The notes: generated by a model not told the origin, from the letters alone. Counted from the first letter of the stretch, positions 16,450 through 25,607 are shown. The stretch: 64,000 bases of DNA from an uncultured Phycisphaerales bacterium (GCA_937871915.1 CALMPG010000048.1:5421-69420), one strand, 5' to 3'. Translations and numbers: made by a program.

Positions 16450-17985
16450 TCATACGCGGTGCTGGGGGGGCAGGTTCGGGGCGGCGGTGGATCGGGACTC
16501 GGGCTGGGCACCCCGCCCGAGTTCACAGGGGAACTCGACGAAAACCGTGGTTCCCTGTCCCCAGACGCTGGTGAGGCCGGTTCGCCCGCCGAGGGCCTTG
16601 GCGGCGTGTTTGACGATGGCGAGGCCGAGGCCGGTCCCTCGGCGGCCGGTTCCGCCGGTCGGGGTGCTGCCTGTGCCGGTGCGGGCGGGGTCAACCTGGT
16701 AGTAGCGCTCGAAGACTCGCTCCTGTTGGGCAAGGGGGATGCCGACGCCCTTGTCGATGACCTCGAAGCGGGCGACGCCGCGGGCGGGAGCGCCGGGGCG
16801 GCCGTCGGGCTCGCGCTCTTCGATGAGTTGGCCGAGGACGCGGACGGTGGTGCCCTCGTGGGCGAACTTGGCGGCGTTCTCGACGAGGTTGCGGAGGATG
16901 AGGGTGAGGAGTTTGCGGTCGGTGGCGAGGCCGTGGAGCTCGGGCTCGATCTCGAAACTCAGGCCGAGGCGGCGCTGCTCGCAGATGGGCTCGCCCATGG
17001 TGCGGAGGGCGCGTTCGAGCAGGCCCGCGTCGATGGGCTCGATGGTGAGCGGGACGTCCGGGGATTCGAGGCGGGAGAGGTCGAGCAGGTCTCGGAGCAT
17101 TTCTTCGAGGCGCTCGGCGTGGGCGAGGATCATGGAACGCAGGCGGGCGGTCATGGCGGGGTCGTCGGCCGCGGCGGACATGGTCTCGGCGGCGGAACGG
17201 ATGGCGGCAACGGGCGTGCGGAGCTCGTGGGAGGCGTTGGCGACAAAGTCGGTCTTGACCTGCACGGCCTGGTCGAGTTCGGTCACGTCGCGAAGGGTGA
17301 GCACGGCGCCGAAGACGCCCGCGCCCCAGGCGGCGGGGACCGGGGAGGCGGAGACCTGGAAGGCGCGCGTGCCGAATGGGGTCACGACGCGGACGCGGGC
17401 GCGCTGGACGCCGCCGGCCTTGGCCTTGGCGTGCATGTCGAGGATGGCCGCGCTGGTGAAGATTTCGTGGATGGGGCGACCCACGAGTCCGCCGGGGGGG
17501 GCATCGACCATGGCCTCGGCGGAGCGGGAGCAGAGGATGACGCGGTCCTGGTCGTCGGTGGCCAGGAGGGGCTCGTCCATGGCGTCGATGAGGGCCTCGA
17601 GGTTGCGGGACTTCTTGGCGAGGTCCTTGAGCTGGCCGCCGACGCGATGGCGCAGGGAGTTGAGCGCGCCGGCGAGGGGGCGGAGTTCTTCGGCAAGATC
17701 GGCGGGGTCGATGTGGGCTCGCGGGGCGCTGGCCCCGGGGCGGGCGACGGCAAGGGTCTCGGCGGCGACGGATTCGAGGACACGCACCGAGCGGGCGCGT
17801 CGGCGCTCGCGCACGATGGAAAGCGCGACGCCGACAAGGGTGAGTGGGGCGATGATGGCGATGGACGCGAAGATGGGCAGAGAGAGCAGGACGCAAGCGG
17901 TGGCGGCGAGTCCGATAAGCGCGGCCGGCCAGGCCGCGCTCGTTGTGCTCGGGCGGATGTTGGGCGCTGGTGGTGGCATGGTCAT
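16450..17985 (-). CDS. Sensor histidine kinase, PhoR-like (2 TM, PAS, HisKA, HATPase_c)
   Basis: Two closely spaced N-terminal TM helices. H-box 'DFVANASHELRTPVAAI'. ATPase 'GTGLGLAIVKHAAKALGG'. GGAGA lies 8 nt upstream of ATG 17985. Confidence 0.85.
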   Translation of the reverse strand: MTMPPPAPNIRPSTTSAAWPAALIGLAATACVLLSLPIFASIAIIAPLTLVGVALSIVRERRRARSVRVLESVAAETLAVARPGASAPRAHIDPADLAEELRPLAGALNSLRHRVGGQLKDLAKKSRNLEALIDAMDEPLLATDDQDRVILCSRSAEAMVDAPPGGLVGRPIHEIFTSAAILDMHAKAKAGGVQRARVRVVTPFGTRAFQVSASPVPAAWGAGVFGAVLTLRDVTELDQAVQVKTDFVANASHELRTPVAAIRSAAETMSAAADDPAMTARLRSMILAHAERLEEMLRDLLDLSRLESPDVPLTIEPIDAGLLERALRTMGEPICEQRRLGLSFEIEPELHGLATDRKLLTLILRNLVENAAKFAHEGTTVRVLGQLIEEREPDGRPGAPARGVARFEVIDKGVGIPLAQQERVFERYYQVDPARTGTGSTPTGGTGRRGTGLGLAIVKHAAKALGGRTGLTSVWGQGTTVFVEFPCELGRGAQPESRSTAAPNLPPQHRV

Positions 17986-18016
17986 GAGAAGGTCTCCGGC
18001 CGAGGGCTAGGCAAAC

Positions 18017-18081
18017 AACCCGCCGGGGACCGTCGGGGTACCCGGAGGCGAGAACCCGCCGGGGTCCGTCGGGGTGTCCGG
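18017..18081. repeat. Two units (36 and ~30 bp) of the AACCCGCC...GTCGGGGTACCC repeat family, in the spacer between the response regulator stop and the kinase start
   Basis: Read directly as AACCCGCCGGGGACCGTCGGGGTACCCGGAGGCGAG followed by AACCCGCCGGGGTCCGTCGGGGTGTCCGGC. It ends at the TAG of the regulator gene. Confidence 0.85.
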
Positions 18082-18807
<726 letters not shown>

Positions 18808-19335
18808 GTCTTTGTGGGACAACGGGTTACGTCAAGCCAGCGGGGCCGGAAGAGGTCGAAAAGGGCCGGATAACCAGCCGGGCCGGTGGTTATCGGTGCC
18901 TGTATTGTGGCAATACCGGGGGGGTGGGGAGGAGAAGAAAGTGTGAAAATAATGCCAAACTTGTCGAGTGAAGGCTGGGAGAGCCGAAAAAAAGAGCGGT
19001 GAGTTTGCGTTTGCTAAGTACTTTGGGTAGGATCGCCATCTCACCGGGCGGCGTGCAAGCGTCGTTCGATCCGTTCCCGTCGGAGACGGGAGGCGAGTCT
19101 CGGGGCGGAAGCCGCGGGATGCGCAAGGCAGGTCGGGCAGAGTGTTCGGAGCGGGTTGCGTGTCAAAAGTGAGCGTGTGCTCACCAACTCGCCGAGAACC
19201 ACGTGGGGCGTTGTCCGCGGACGAAGCGTTCGTCCGGTGAGTCGGACAGAGCTCAAAGGCGGCCGGCTCGAAGCGGCCACGGGAACGGTTCACAAGGTCC
19301 ACAAGCGTTTTTCTGAAAGAAAAAGGAGTCTCAGA

Positions 19336-20646
19336 ATGGGTCACATCAAGGGTCTCATGTTCCTCGCCGGCGCGGCGGTGAGCCTGAGCGGCTCGGCAGC
19401 GTTTGCTCAGCAGTCATCCGACGAGGTTCGCGCGGTGGTCGCCGAGATGCTCAGCGACGCCGAGTCTCGCACCAGCCTGCTGGCTGGCGGCGACGCCGGC
19501 CACGACGGCAGCCGGTTCTTCATCGCGGGCGACGGCTTCCGACTCAACGTCGGCGGGCTGCTGCAGTTCCGTTACGACATGAACTTCCGCGACAAGAACA
19601 ACCTCCCGGGAACCAACGTTCCCCCGGGCAGCGGCGTTCACACCGACGACTTCACGCACGGGTTCCAGACGACCCGCACGAAGGTCGACTTCAACGGCGA
19701 GCTGAACAAGGACTGGTTCTTCCGCGTCCGCATTTCCAATGAGAGCGACGGCCTGAACTTCGACTATGCCTACGCGGGCTACAAGTTCGCCAACGGCTGG
19801 AAGGCCACCTGGGGTCAGTTCAAGCTTCCCCTGCTCCGCGAGGAGCTGGTCTCCGATGCCAAGCAGCTCGCGGCCGAGCGCTCCCTCGTGAACGCTCTGT
19901 TCAGCCAGGGCTACAGCCAGGGCGTCGAGTTCGCCTACGAGGCCGAGGGCTGGCGCGCGTTCTTCGCGTTCTCCGACGGTCTGAACTCCGCGAACACGGA
20001 CTTCAACACCCGTCAGACCGTCACGCCCGGCGCGCAGCTGGCGATCGCCGGCCAGGGCGACTACGCCCTGACGGCCCGCGGCGAGTTCCTCCTCTCCGGC
20101 AACTTCAAGCAGTTCGAGGACTTCACCTCCGAGAAGGGCTCCGACTTCGGCGCCATGGTCGGCGCGGCCATCCACTGGCAGCAGTCCGACAACACCGGTA
20201 TCGCCAGCGACACCGACTACCAGACCTTCCGCTACACGATCGACGGCTCGCTCAAGGGCGACTCGTGGAACCTGTTCGGCGCCTTCCTCGGCGACCACAC
20301 CGTCGCCCGTGTGGGCGGCGCGAACCAACCGGACATCGACAACTTCGGCGCGGTCGTCCAGGGCGGCTGGCGCTTCGCCCAGAACACCGAAGTGTTCGGT
20401 CGCTGGGAAGGCCTCTTCGTTGACTCCGACCTGATCCCGTCGGGCAAGAAGAACTTCCACTTCCTGACCTTCGGTCTCAACCAGTACTACGCCGGGCACG
20501 CCGCCAAGGCGACCGCCGACGTCGTCTACTCCCTCCAGGACACCTCCAACCTCGGGGCCATCCTGCCCAACACCAACGTCGGCCTCCTGGGCCAGACCAA
20601 GTCGGGCGAGGTCGTCGTCCGCCTGCAGTTCCAGGTCGTGTTCTAA
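19336..20646 (+). CDS. Outer-membrane beta-barrel porin (possibly phosphate-selective porin O/P-like)
   Basis: AGGAG at 19324-19328. Signal peptide 'MGHIKGLMFLAGAAVSLSGSAAFAQQ'. Alternating beta-strand pattern. C-terminal '...VRLQFQVVF' ends in an aromatic residue, as in OMPs. The gene is divergent from the PhoB/PhoR-like pair. The porin subfamily is an inference. Confidence 0.65.
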   Translation: MGHIKGLMFLAGAAVSLSGSAAFAQQSSDEVRAVVAEMLSDAESRTSLLAGGDAGHDGSRFFIAGDGFRLNVGGLLQFRYDMNFRDKNNLPGTNVPPGSGVHTDDFTHGFQTTRTKVDFNGELNKDWFFRVRISNESDGLNFDYAYAGYKFANGWKATWGQFKLPLLREELVSDAKQLAAERSLVNALFSQGYSQGVEFAYEAEGWRAFFAFSDGLNSANTDFNTRQTVTPGAQLAIAGQGDYALTARGEFLLSGNFKQFEDFTSEKGSDFGAMVGAAIHWQQSDNTGIASDTDYQTFRYTIDGSLKGDSWNLFGAFLGDHTVARVGGANQPDIDNFGAVVQGGWRFAQNTEVFGRWEGLFVDSDLIPSGKKNFHFLTFGLNQYYAGHAAKATADVVYSLQDTSNLGAILPNTNVGLLGQTKSGEVVVRLQFQVVF

Positions 20647-20680
20647 GACACGCCGAGCAGCAGTCTGATAGCTCTACATG

Positions 20681-20728
20681 GCGGGGGGCCCCTCCGGGCG
20701 GCGCCCCCTTTTTTTCCCAAACAAAGGG
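20681..20728 (+). terminator. Probable intrinsic terminator of the porin gene (G/C hairpin followed by T7), module A of a duplicated element
   Basis: GCGGGGGGCCCCTCCGGGCGGCGCCCCC followed by TTTTTTT, then CCCAAACAAAGGG. It starts 35 nt after the stop codon. Confidence 0.55.
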
Positions 20729-20837
20729 AAGGGGGGGGGGCCCTGCCCGGGGGGGGGGGGAGGGGGGGGGGCGTCGCCCCCCCCCTGCTTTCCGGGGTTG
20801 TATACAACGACACCCCGAGCACAATTCTTATACCTCT

Positions 20838-20889
20838 CCGGGGGGGCCCCCCCTGGGGGCCGCCCGCCTCTTTTTTGCCCAAACAGAGG
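20838..20889 (+). terminator. Second copy (module B) of the hairpin plus T-run plus CCCAAACA(A/G)AGG element
   Basis: CCGGGGGGGCCCCCCCTGGGGGCCGCCCGCCTC followed by TTTTTT, then GCCCAAACAGAGG. It aligns with module A by eye. Confidence 0.4.
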
Positions 20890-20971
20890 CATGGGCGCGA
20901 GCCCATGCACGGGGTGGTGGTGCGAGCGTTGGGACGGCGTGCCCGGGCTTGCGCCCGGGCCTCTGTGTGCG

Positions 20972-22912
20972 CTACATCCGGTCCAGCAGCCGAATCCCCA
21001 GCAACCCGAGCCCGTCGGCCATGATCCGCTCGACAAGCCGGCAGAGGTGGAGGCGGGACTGGCGGGTGGGCTCGTCGGGGGCGTTGAGGACGTGGCACTC
21101 GTTGTAGAAGGTGCTGTAGGCCTGCGCGAGCTCGTAGAGATAGTTGCACAGGCGGTGGGGCTCGAGCGATGTGCCGACGGCGCGGAGGGTGCCGGGGTAG
21201 CGGAGCAGGGTGAGGGCGAGGGTCTTTTCCTGCGGGGCGCCGATGGCGACGGGGGCGCCGGGGTCGATGCGGACGCCCTGCTCCTGGGCCCTCTGGAAGA
21301 TCTGCCGCACGCGGACGAGGGCGTAGAGCAGGTACGGTCCGGTGTTGCCCTCGAAGGCGAGCATGCGGTCGAATGAGAAGACGTAGTCCTTGATGCGGTC
21401 GTTGGAGAGATCGGCGTACTTCACGGCGGCGACGCCGACGGCGTCGGCGATGTTCCGCTTCTCCTCCATCGAGGGTTCGGCGAAGGGCCTGGCGTGCGCG
21501 GCGGCGGTCTGCCTGGCCTCGGCGATCTTCTGCTCGACGACCACGAGGGCTCGCTCGACGGCCTCGTCGATGAGCGAGGAGAGTTTGACGTTCTCGCCGC
21601 TGCGGGTCTTGAAGGGGCGGTTGTCCTCGCCGAGGACCATGCCGAACGCGGCGTGCTCCAGAGTTGCAATGGGTGGCACTGGCGGCTTGTCCGCCAGTGA
21701 TGTTGCAACCCCACCCATCGAGTCACCGGCGCCGGCGGCGCCCGGTCGAGTCGTGAACCCGGCCTTGGCGGCCGCGCCGAAGACGAGCTTGAAGTGCAGG
21801 GCCTGGCGGGCGTCCACGGCGTAGACGACGCGCTCGGCGCCGAAGGTCCGCACGCGCCGGCGGATGCCGGCCAGGTCGGTGGTGGCGTAGAGGAACGCCC
21901 CGTCGGTCTTGCGGATCAGGCAGGGCTCCTCGAAGCCGGGGACGCGGATGACCAGGGCGCCCTCGGAGATCTCGGCCACGCCGCGCCGTTCGAGGTCGGC
22001 GACGAGGCCCGCGAGTTCCTCGGCGTAGCTGGACTCTCCGGCGGTGTCCTCGAGGCGGACGATGGTGTTGAGGCGGGCGCAGGTGCGGACGCACTCGGTC
22101 ATGGTGACATCGACGATGCGCTGCCAGAAGCGGACGGTCTCGGGGTCGTGGTTCTGGAGTTTGAGGAGCGTGCGCTTGGCGCGGGCCATGGCCTCGGATG
22201 CGCCGGCGACCTGTTCCTCGAGCTCGGCCGCGGCCTTGGGGCCGAGGTTGAACTTCCGGACGGCGGCCAGGCCCCTCTCGTCGGCGTCGGCCTCGGCCTT
22301 GGCGTCTTTGTAGAGGCGTTCGAGGGCGTCCAGGTCGAGGCGGTCGATGTCCTCGCCCCCGGCGGCGAGCTGCATGAGGCGGTCGGTGACCATGGCGATG
22401 GGGAGGCCCCAATCGCCGACGTGGTTCTGGCGGACGACGGTGTAGCCGAGGCGCTCGAGGATTCGGGCGAGGGAGTCGCCGATGATGGTGGCGCGAAGGT
22501 GGCCGACGTGCATCTGCTTGGCGAGGTTGACGCCGCAGAGATCGACGACGACGGTGTGGGTTCCCGGGATGGGCTCGATGCCCAGGGCGGGGGTGTCGAG
22601 GGCGTCGAGGAGGCCCGCGAGGGCGTCGCGCCGGAGGGTGATGTTGATGAAGCCGGGGCCGGCGATGCTCGCCTCGGTGAGGGGCTCGGCCAGGCCGGAG
22701 AGATCGACGAGCTGGAGAAGGGCCTTGGCAACTTCCCGCGGGGGCTTGCCGGCGGCCTTTGCCAGGCTCATGGCGGCGTTGCACTGGAAGTCGCCGAAGG
22801 CGGGGTTGCGGCTGGCGGTGATCTGGGGGTCGGTGGAGGGGGCTGCGGGGAAGGCCGCGCGGATGGCGGCGGAGAAGCGTTCGGCGAGGATCTGGACGGG
22901 GTCGTAGGCCAT
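20972..22912 (-). CDS. argS: Arginine--tRNA ligase
   Basis: N-terminal 'MAYDPVQILAERFSAAIRAAF', 'VVDLCGVNLAKQMHVGHLRATIIGDSLARI' (HIGH-type), anticodon-binding C-terminus ending '...GLGLLGIRLLDRM'. The start is taken at ATG 22912 rather than the upstream 23332. Confidence 0.9.
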   Translation of the reverse strand: MAYDPVQILAERFSAAIRAAFPAAPSTDPQITASRNPAFGDFQCNAAMSLAKAAGKPPREVAKALLQLVDLSGLAEPLTEASIAGPGFINITLRRDALAGLLDALDTPALGIEPIPGTHTVVVDLCGVNLAKQMHVGHLRATIIGDSLARILERLGYTVVRQNHVGDWGLPIAMVTDRLMQLAAGGEDIDRLDLDALERLYKDAKAEADADERGLAAVRKFNLGPKAAAELEEQVAGASEAMARAKRTLLKLQNHDPETVRFWQRIVDVTMTECVRTCARLNTIVRLEDTAGESSYAEELAGLVADLERRGVAEISEGALVIRVPGFEEPCLIRKTDGAFLYATTDLAGIRRRVRTFGAERVVYAVDARQALHFKLVFGAAAKAGFTTRPGAAGAGDSMGGVATSLADKPPVPPIATLEHAAFGMVLGEDNRPFKTRSGENVKLSSLIDEAVERALVVVEQKIAEARQTAAAHARPFAEPSMEEKRNIADAVGVAAVKYADLSNDRIKDYVFSFDRMLAFEGNTGPYLLYALVRVRQIFQRAQEQGVRIDPGAPVAIGAPQEKTLALTLLRYPGTLRAVGTSLEPHRLCNYLYELAQAYSTFYNECHVLNAPDEPTRQSRLHLCRLVERIMADGLGLLGIRLLDRM

Positions 22913-23057
22913 GGGGGGGGGATGGTAAGGGGGAGGGGGGAAGGCGGAAGGGGGGAGGGTGGAAGCGGAGGGGTGGTCAGAAAAAACTCGGGATTGGCGG
23001 GGCGGCGTTCCGATCAGATAACCACGGGGGACGTGCGGGGCCATCGGAGGTTCGAGT

Positions 23058-23225
23058 ATGTTCAGCGCTGGCGTTCGACGGGTGCTTCTCGCGTCTACCG
23101 CACTGGTGACCGCCGGGCTGTTGCTCATGCACATGGCCGGATGCCACACGGTCAAGGGCGTGGGGCGCGATATCGAGGCGATGGGGCAGGGCGGGCAGGA
23201 CATGATCGACGGAAACACGCGCTGA
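23058..23225 (+). CDS. Entericidin A/B-family small lipoprotein (55 aa)
   Basis: Not in the ORF track (under 60 aa). GGAGG at 23046-23050. 'MFSAGVRRVLLASTALVTAGLLLMHMAGCHTVKGVGRDIEAMGQGGQDMIDGNTR' matches the Ecn pattern of lipobox-C, then xT(V/A)(K/R)G(V/F)G(K/R/E)D(I/V). Confidence 0.6.
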   Translation: MFSAGVRRVLLASTALVTAGLLLMHMAGCHTVKGVGRDIEAMGQGGQDMIDGNTR

Positions 23226-23344
23226 CACGCGCGTGGGCGTTTGGGGTTCGGCCCGATGCGTGCCCCCGGTCTGCGGGCCGAACTTGCCTGGAAGGCGGCT
23301 GGTCGTAGGATCCGATTCACCCACTCTTGCATCAGGAGGCAGGC

Positions 23345-23500
23345 ATGAATCGGCTCTCGATCCGTACACTCGTCGCGGGCGCACTCGCGGGCGCGTTCGT
23401 TCTGCTCACGCTCGGGGCCATCGGGTGCGAGACCGTCAAGGGCGTGGGCAAGGACGTGACCAACGTCGGCGAGGCGGGCGAGCGCGCCATCAGCAAGTGA
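23345..23500 (+). CDS. Entericidin A/B-family small lipoprotein (51 aa)
   Basis: Not in the ORF track. AGGAGG at 23334-23339. 'MNRLSIRTLVAGALAGAFVLLTLGAIGCETVKGVGKDVTNVGEAGERAISK'. Confidence 0.65.
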   Translation: MNRLSIRTLVAGALAGAFVLLTLGAIGCETVKGVGKDVTNVGEAGERAISK

Positions 23501-24321
23501 GCATCGACCTTTCGGGCAGGCCCATCGCGATCACGGGCGCGTCGAGCGGGATCGGCGCGGCGACGGCGGTCGCGTGCGCGCGGGCGGGGATGCCGGTGGC
23601 GCTGGGGGCCCGCCGGATCGACCGGCTGGAGGCCGTGGCGGGGGCGATCCGCAGCGCGGGCGGGCGGGCGGTGTGCGTGGGGGTGGACGTGACGCGGCCG
23701 GAGGACTGCCGCGTGCTGGTGGACACGTGCGTGCGGGAGTTTGGCTCGATCTACGCGGTGTACGCCAACGCGGGGTATGGGGAGGAAGCGCCGCTGGCGG
23801 GGATGAGCGACGAGCGGGTGCGGGCGATGTTCGAGACCAACTTCTTCGGCTCGCTCAACGTGGTGCGGCCGGCGCTGGAGCGGATGCTGGCGAATCCCGG
23901 GCCGGATCGGGGGCACATCCTCTGGTGCAGCTCGTGCCTGGCGCGGATGGCGCTGCCGAACTACTCGGTCTACTGCGCGACGAAGGCGGCCCAGGCCCAC
24001 GCGGCGACGGCGATGCGGCACGAGCTGCGGGGCAAGGGCGTGCGGGTGAGCAGCGTGCACCCGATCGGGACGCGCACGGAGTTCTTCGAGCAGGTGCAGA
24101 AGCTCTCGGGGGGAGAGCGGAAGACGTTCACGCTGCCCAAGGGGATGTACCAGACGCCGGAGTTCGTCGCGGCCAGGACGGTGAAGTGTCTGCGGCGGCC
24201 GCGCGGCGAGGTCTGGACGGGGCTTGCGGGACTGAGTGTTCGCACGGGGATGGCGCTGGCGATGATGTTCCCCGGGTTGGCGGACTGGTCGCTGGGACGA
24301 ATGCAGGCCAAGGGCCGCTGA
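23497..24321 (+). CDS. SDR-family oxidoreductase
   Basis: GTG 23497 overlaps the upstream stop (GTGA). 'IAITGASSGIGAATA' (TGxxxGxG), 'NAGYG', and 'YCATKAAQ' (YxxxK). Confidence 0.8.
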   Translation: MSIDLSGRPIAITGASSGIGAATAVACARAGMPVALGARRIDRLEAVAGAIRSAGGRAVCVGVDVTRPEDCRVLVDTCVREFGSIYAVYANAGYGEEAPLAGMSDERVRAMFETNFFGSLNVVRPALERMLANPGPDRGHILWCSSCLARMALPNYSVYCATKAAQAHAATAMRHELRGKGVRVSSVHPIGTRTEFFEQVQKLSGGERKTFTLPKGMYQTPEFVAARTVKCLRRPRGEVWTGLAGLSVRTGMALAMMFPGLADWSLGRMQAKGR

Positions 24322-24334
24322 GCGCGCCGACGCA

Positions 24335-24862
24335 TCAGGACATGGGCTGGGGACGGCGGCCGAGGAGGGCGACCACGTGGGCCTCGACGGCGCGGCTCTC
24401 GCCGACGGCGTCAACCTTCTCGTGGCTCTTGCCCTTGACGTTCACCTGATCGACGCCGATGCGGAGCAGCCCGGCGAGGTTGGCCCGCATGGCGTCCTTG
24501 ACAGGGCCGATGCGGGGGCGCTCGAGGATGACGGTCGCGTCGATGTTGGCGACGACCCAGCCGGCTTGGGCCACGCGCTCGGCCGCGGCGCGCAGGAAGT
24601 CGGCGGAGTCGCGCCCCAGGTTCTCGGGGGCGTTGTCGGGGAAGAGCTGGCCGATGTCGGGGAGGGCCAGGGCGCCCACGAGCGCATCGACGACGGCGTG
24701 GTAGAGGACATCGCCGTCGGAGTGGGCGATGGGGCCGCGCTCGAACTCGAGGCGGACACCGCCGATGATGAGGTCGCGCCCGGCGCCCGCGGGCGGGCGG
24801 GGCTCGAGGCGGTGGAGGTCGTATCCGTGTCCGATGCGGAGGGTGGTGTGCAAGGGGGTCAT
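24335..24862 (-). CDS. ispF: 2-C-methyl-D-erythritol 2,4-cyclodiphosphate synthase
   Basis: 'RIGHGYDLHRL', 'IAHSDGDVLYHAVVDALVGALALPDIGQLFP', 'ATVILERPRIGP'. Confidence 0.9.
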   Translation of the reverse strand: MTPLHTTLRIGHGYDLHRLEPRPPAGAGRDLIIGGVRLEFERGPIAHSDGDVLYHAVVDALVGALALPDIGQLFPDNAPENLGRDSADFLRAAAERVAQAGWVVANIDATVILERPRIGPVKDAMRANLAGLLRIGVDQVNVKGKSHEKVDAVGESRAVEAHVVALLGRRPQPMS

Positions 24863-25049
24863 TCGAGGGTTCCGGTCGACCCCGTGTTGTGGGGGGAGTG
24901 TCGGTTGTCCTGAGCCGACATTCGCGCTCTGTCAGGACGCGGACGGGCTCTGGACGATACTCTCACCGCAACGCGGAAGGAGCGGGTGAACCGGCGCGCT
25001 CCCGCGTATGTTGTTGTGCCTCCCGGCCCTCTCGCAATTCGGAGCCCGC

Positions 25050-25607
25050 ATGAGCCCCTCCCGACTGTCTCGAAGCACCGTGGCCCTGTTCCTGCTCGCC
25101 GGCGCGGCGTCCCTTGGCGGGTGCTACACCGAGGGCGGCCCCGGGATGTCGCTCGACCAGCACGTGTACGTGAGCCGTCCGTGGCAGCCGTGGACTGTGA
25201 CGCTGCGCGACACGCGCACCGGGCAGGAGTTCTGGTCGATGGACGTGCCGGTCGGGAAGCGACTGGCAATCTCGTTCTCAACGGATACGGGGACCGAGGA
25301 CAAGTACACGCCCGACAAGATGAACTGGGCGCTGGTGGACGAGGAGAAGGACATGGGGTTCCGGCTGACCAACAGCCTGCCCGTGCCGCCCGCGAACAGC
25401 CGCCGCCTCGAGCCGACGCTTCGGACGGCCCCCGAGCTGCCCGAGAGCATGGTGACGGTGACCAAGGGGACGCTCCCGCCGGCCAAGATCCAGAAGGTCA
25501 GGCCGCCGTCGGTGACAGTCCCGGCGCAGCCGCCGGAGCCGCCGGCCGAGGGGGAGGGGGCGAGCGCGCCGCCGGCCCCGGCGCACTCGGAACCGAAGCA
25601 GCCCTGA
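25050..25607 (+). CDS. Hypothetical lipoprotein
   Basis: GGAG at 25041-25044. ATG 25050 gives 'MSPSRLSRSTVALFLLAGAASLGGCYTEGG' with an LGGC lipobox. The C-terminus is Pro-rich. Confidence 0.55.
   Translation: MSPSRLSRSTVALFLLAGAASLGGCYTEGGPGMSLDQHVYVSRPWQPWTVTLRDTRTGQEFWSMDVPVGKRLAISFSTDTGTEDKYTPDKMNWALVDEEKDMGFRLTNSLPVPPANSRRLEPTLRTAPELPESMVTVTKGTLPPAKIQKVRPPSVTVPAQPPEPPAEGEGASAPPAPAHSEPKQP

Noticed and set aside
20678-21376. ORF of 232 aa starting in the G/C homopolymer region, with a Gly/Pro-rich N-terminus
   Set aside because: Its first part merely translates G- and C-runs and terminator hairpins. Its second part is antisense to the 3' end of argS.
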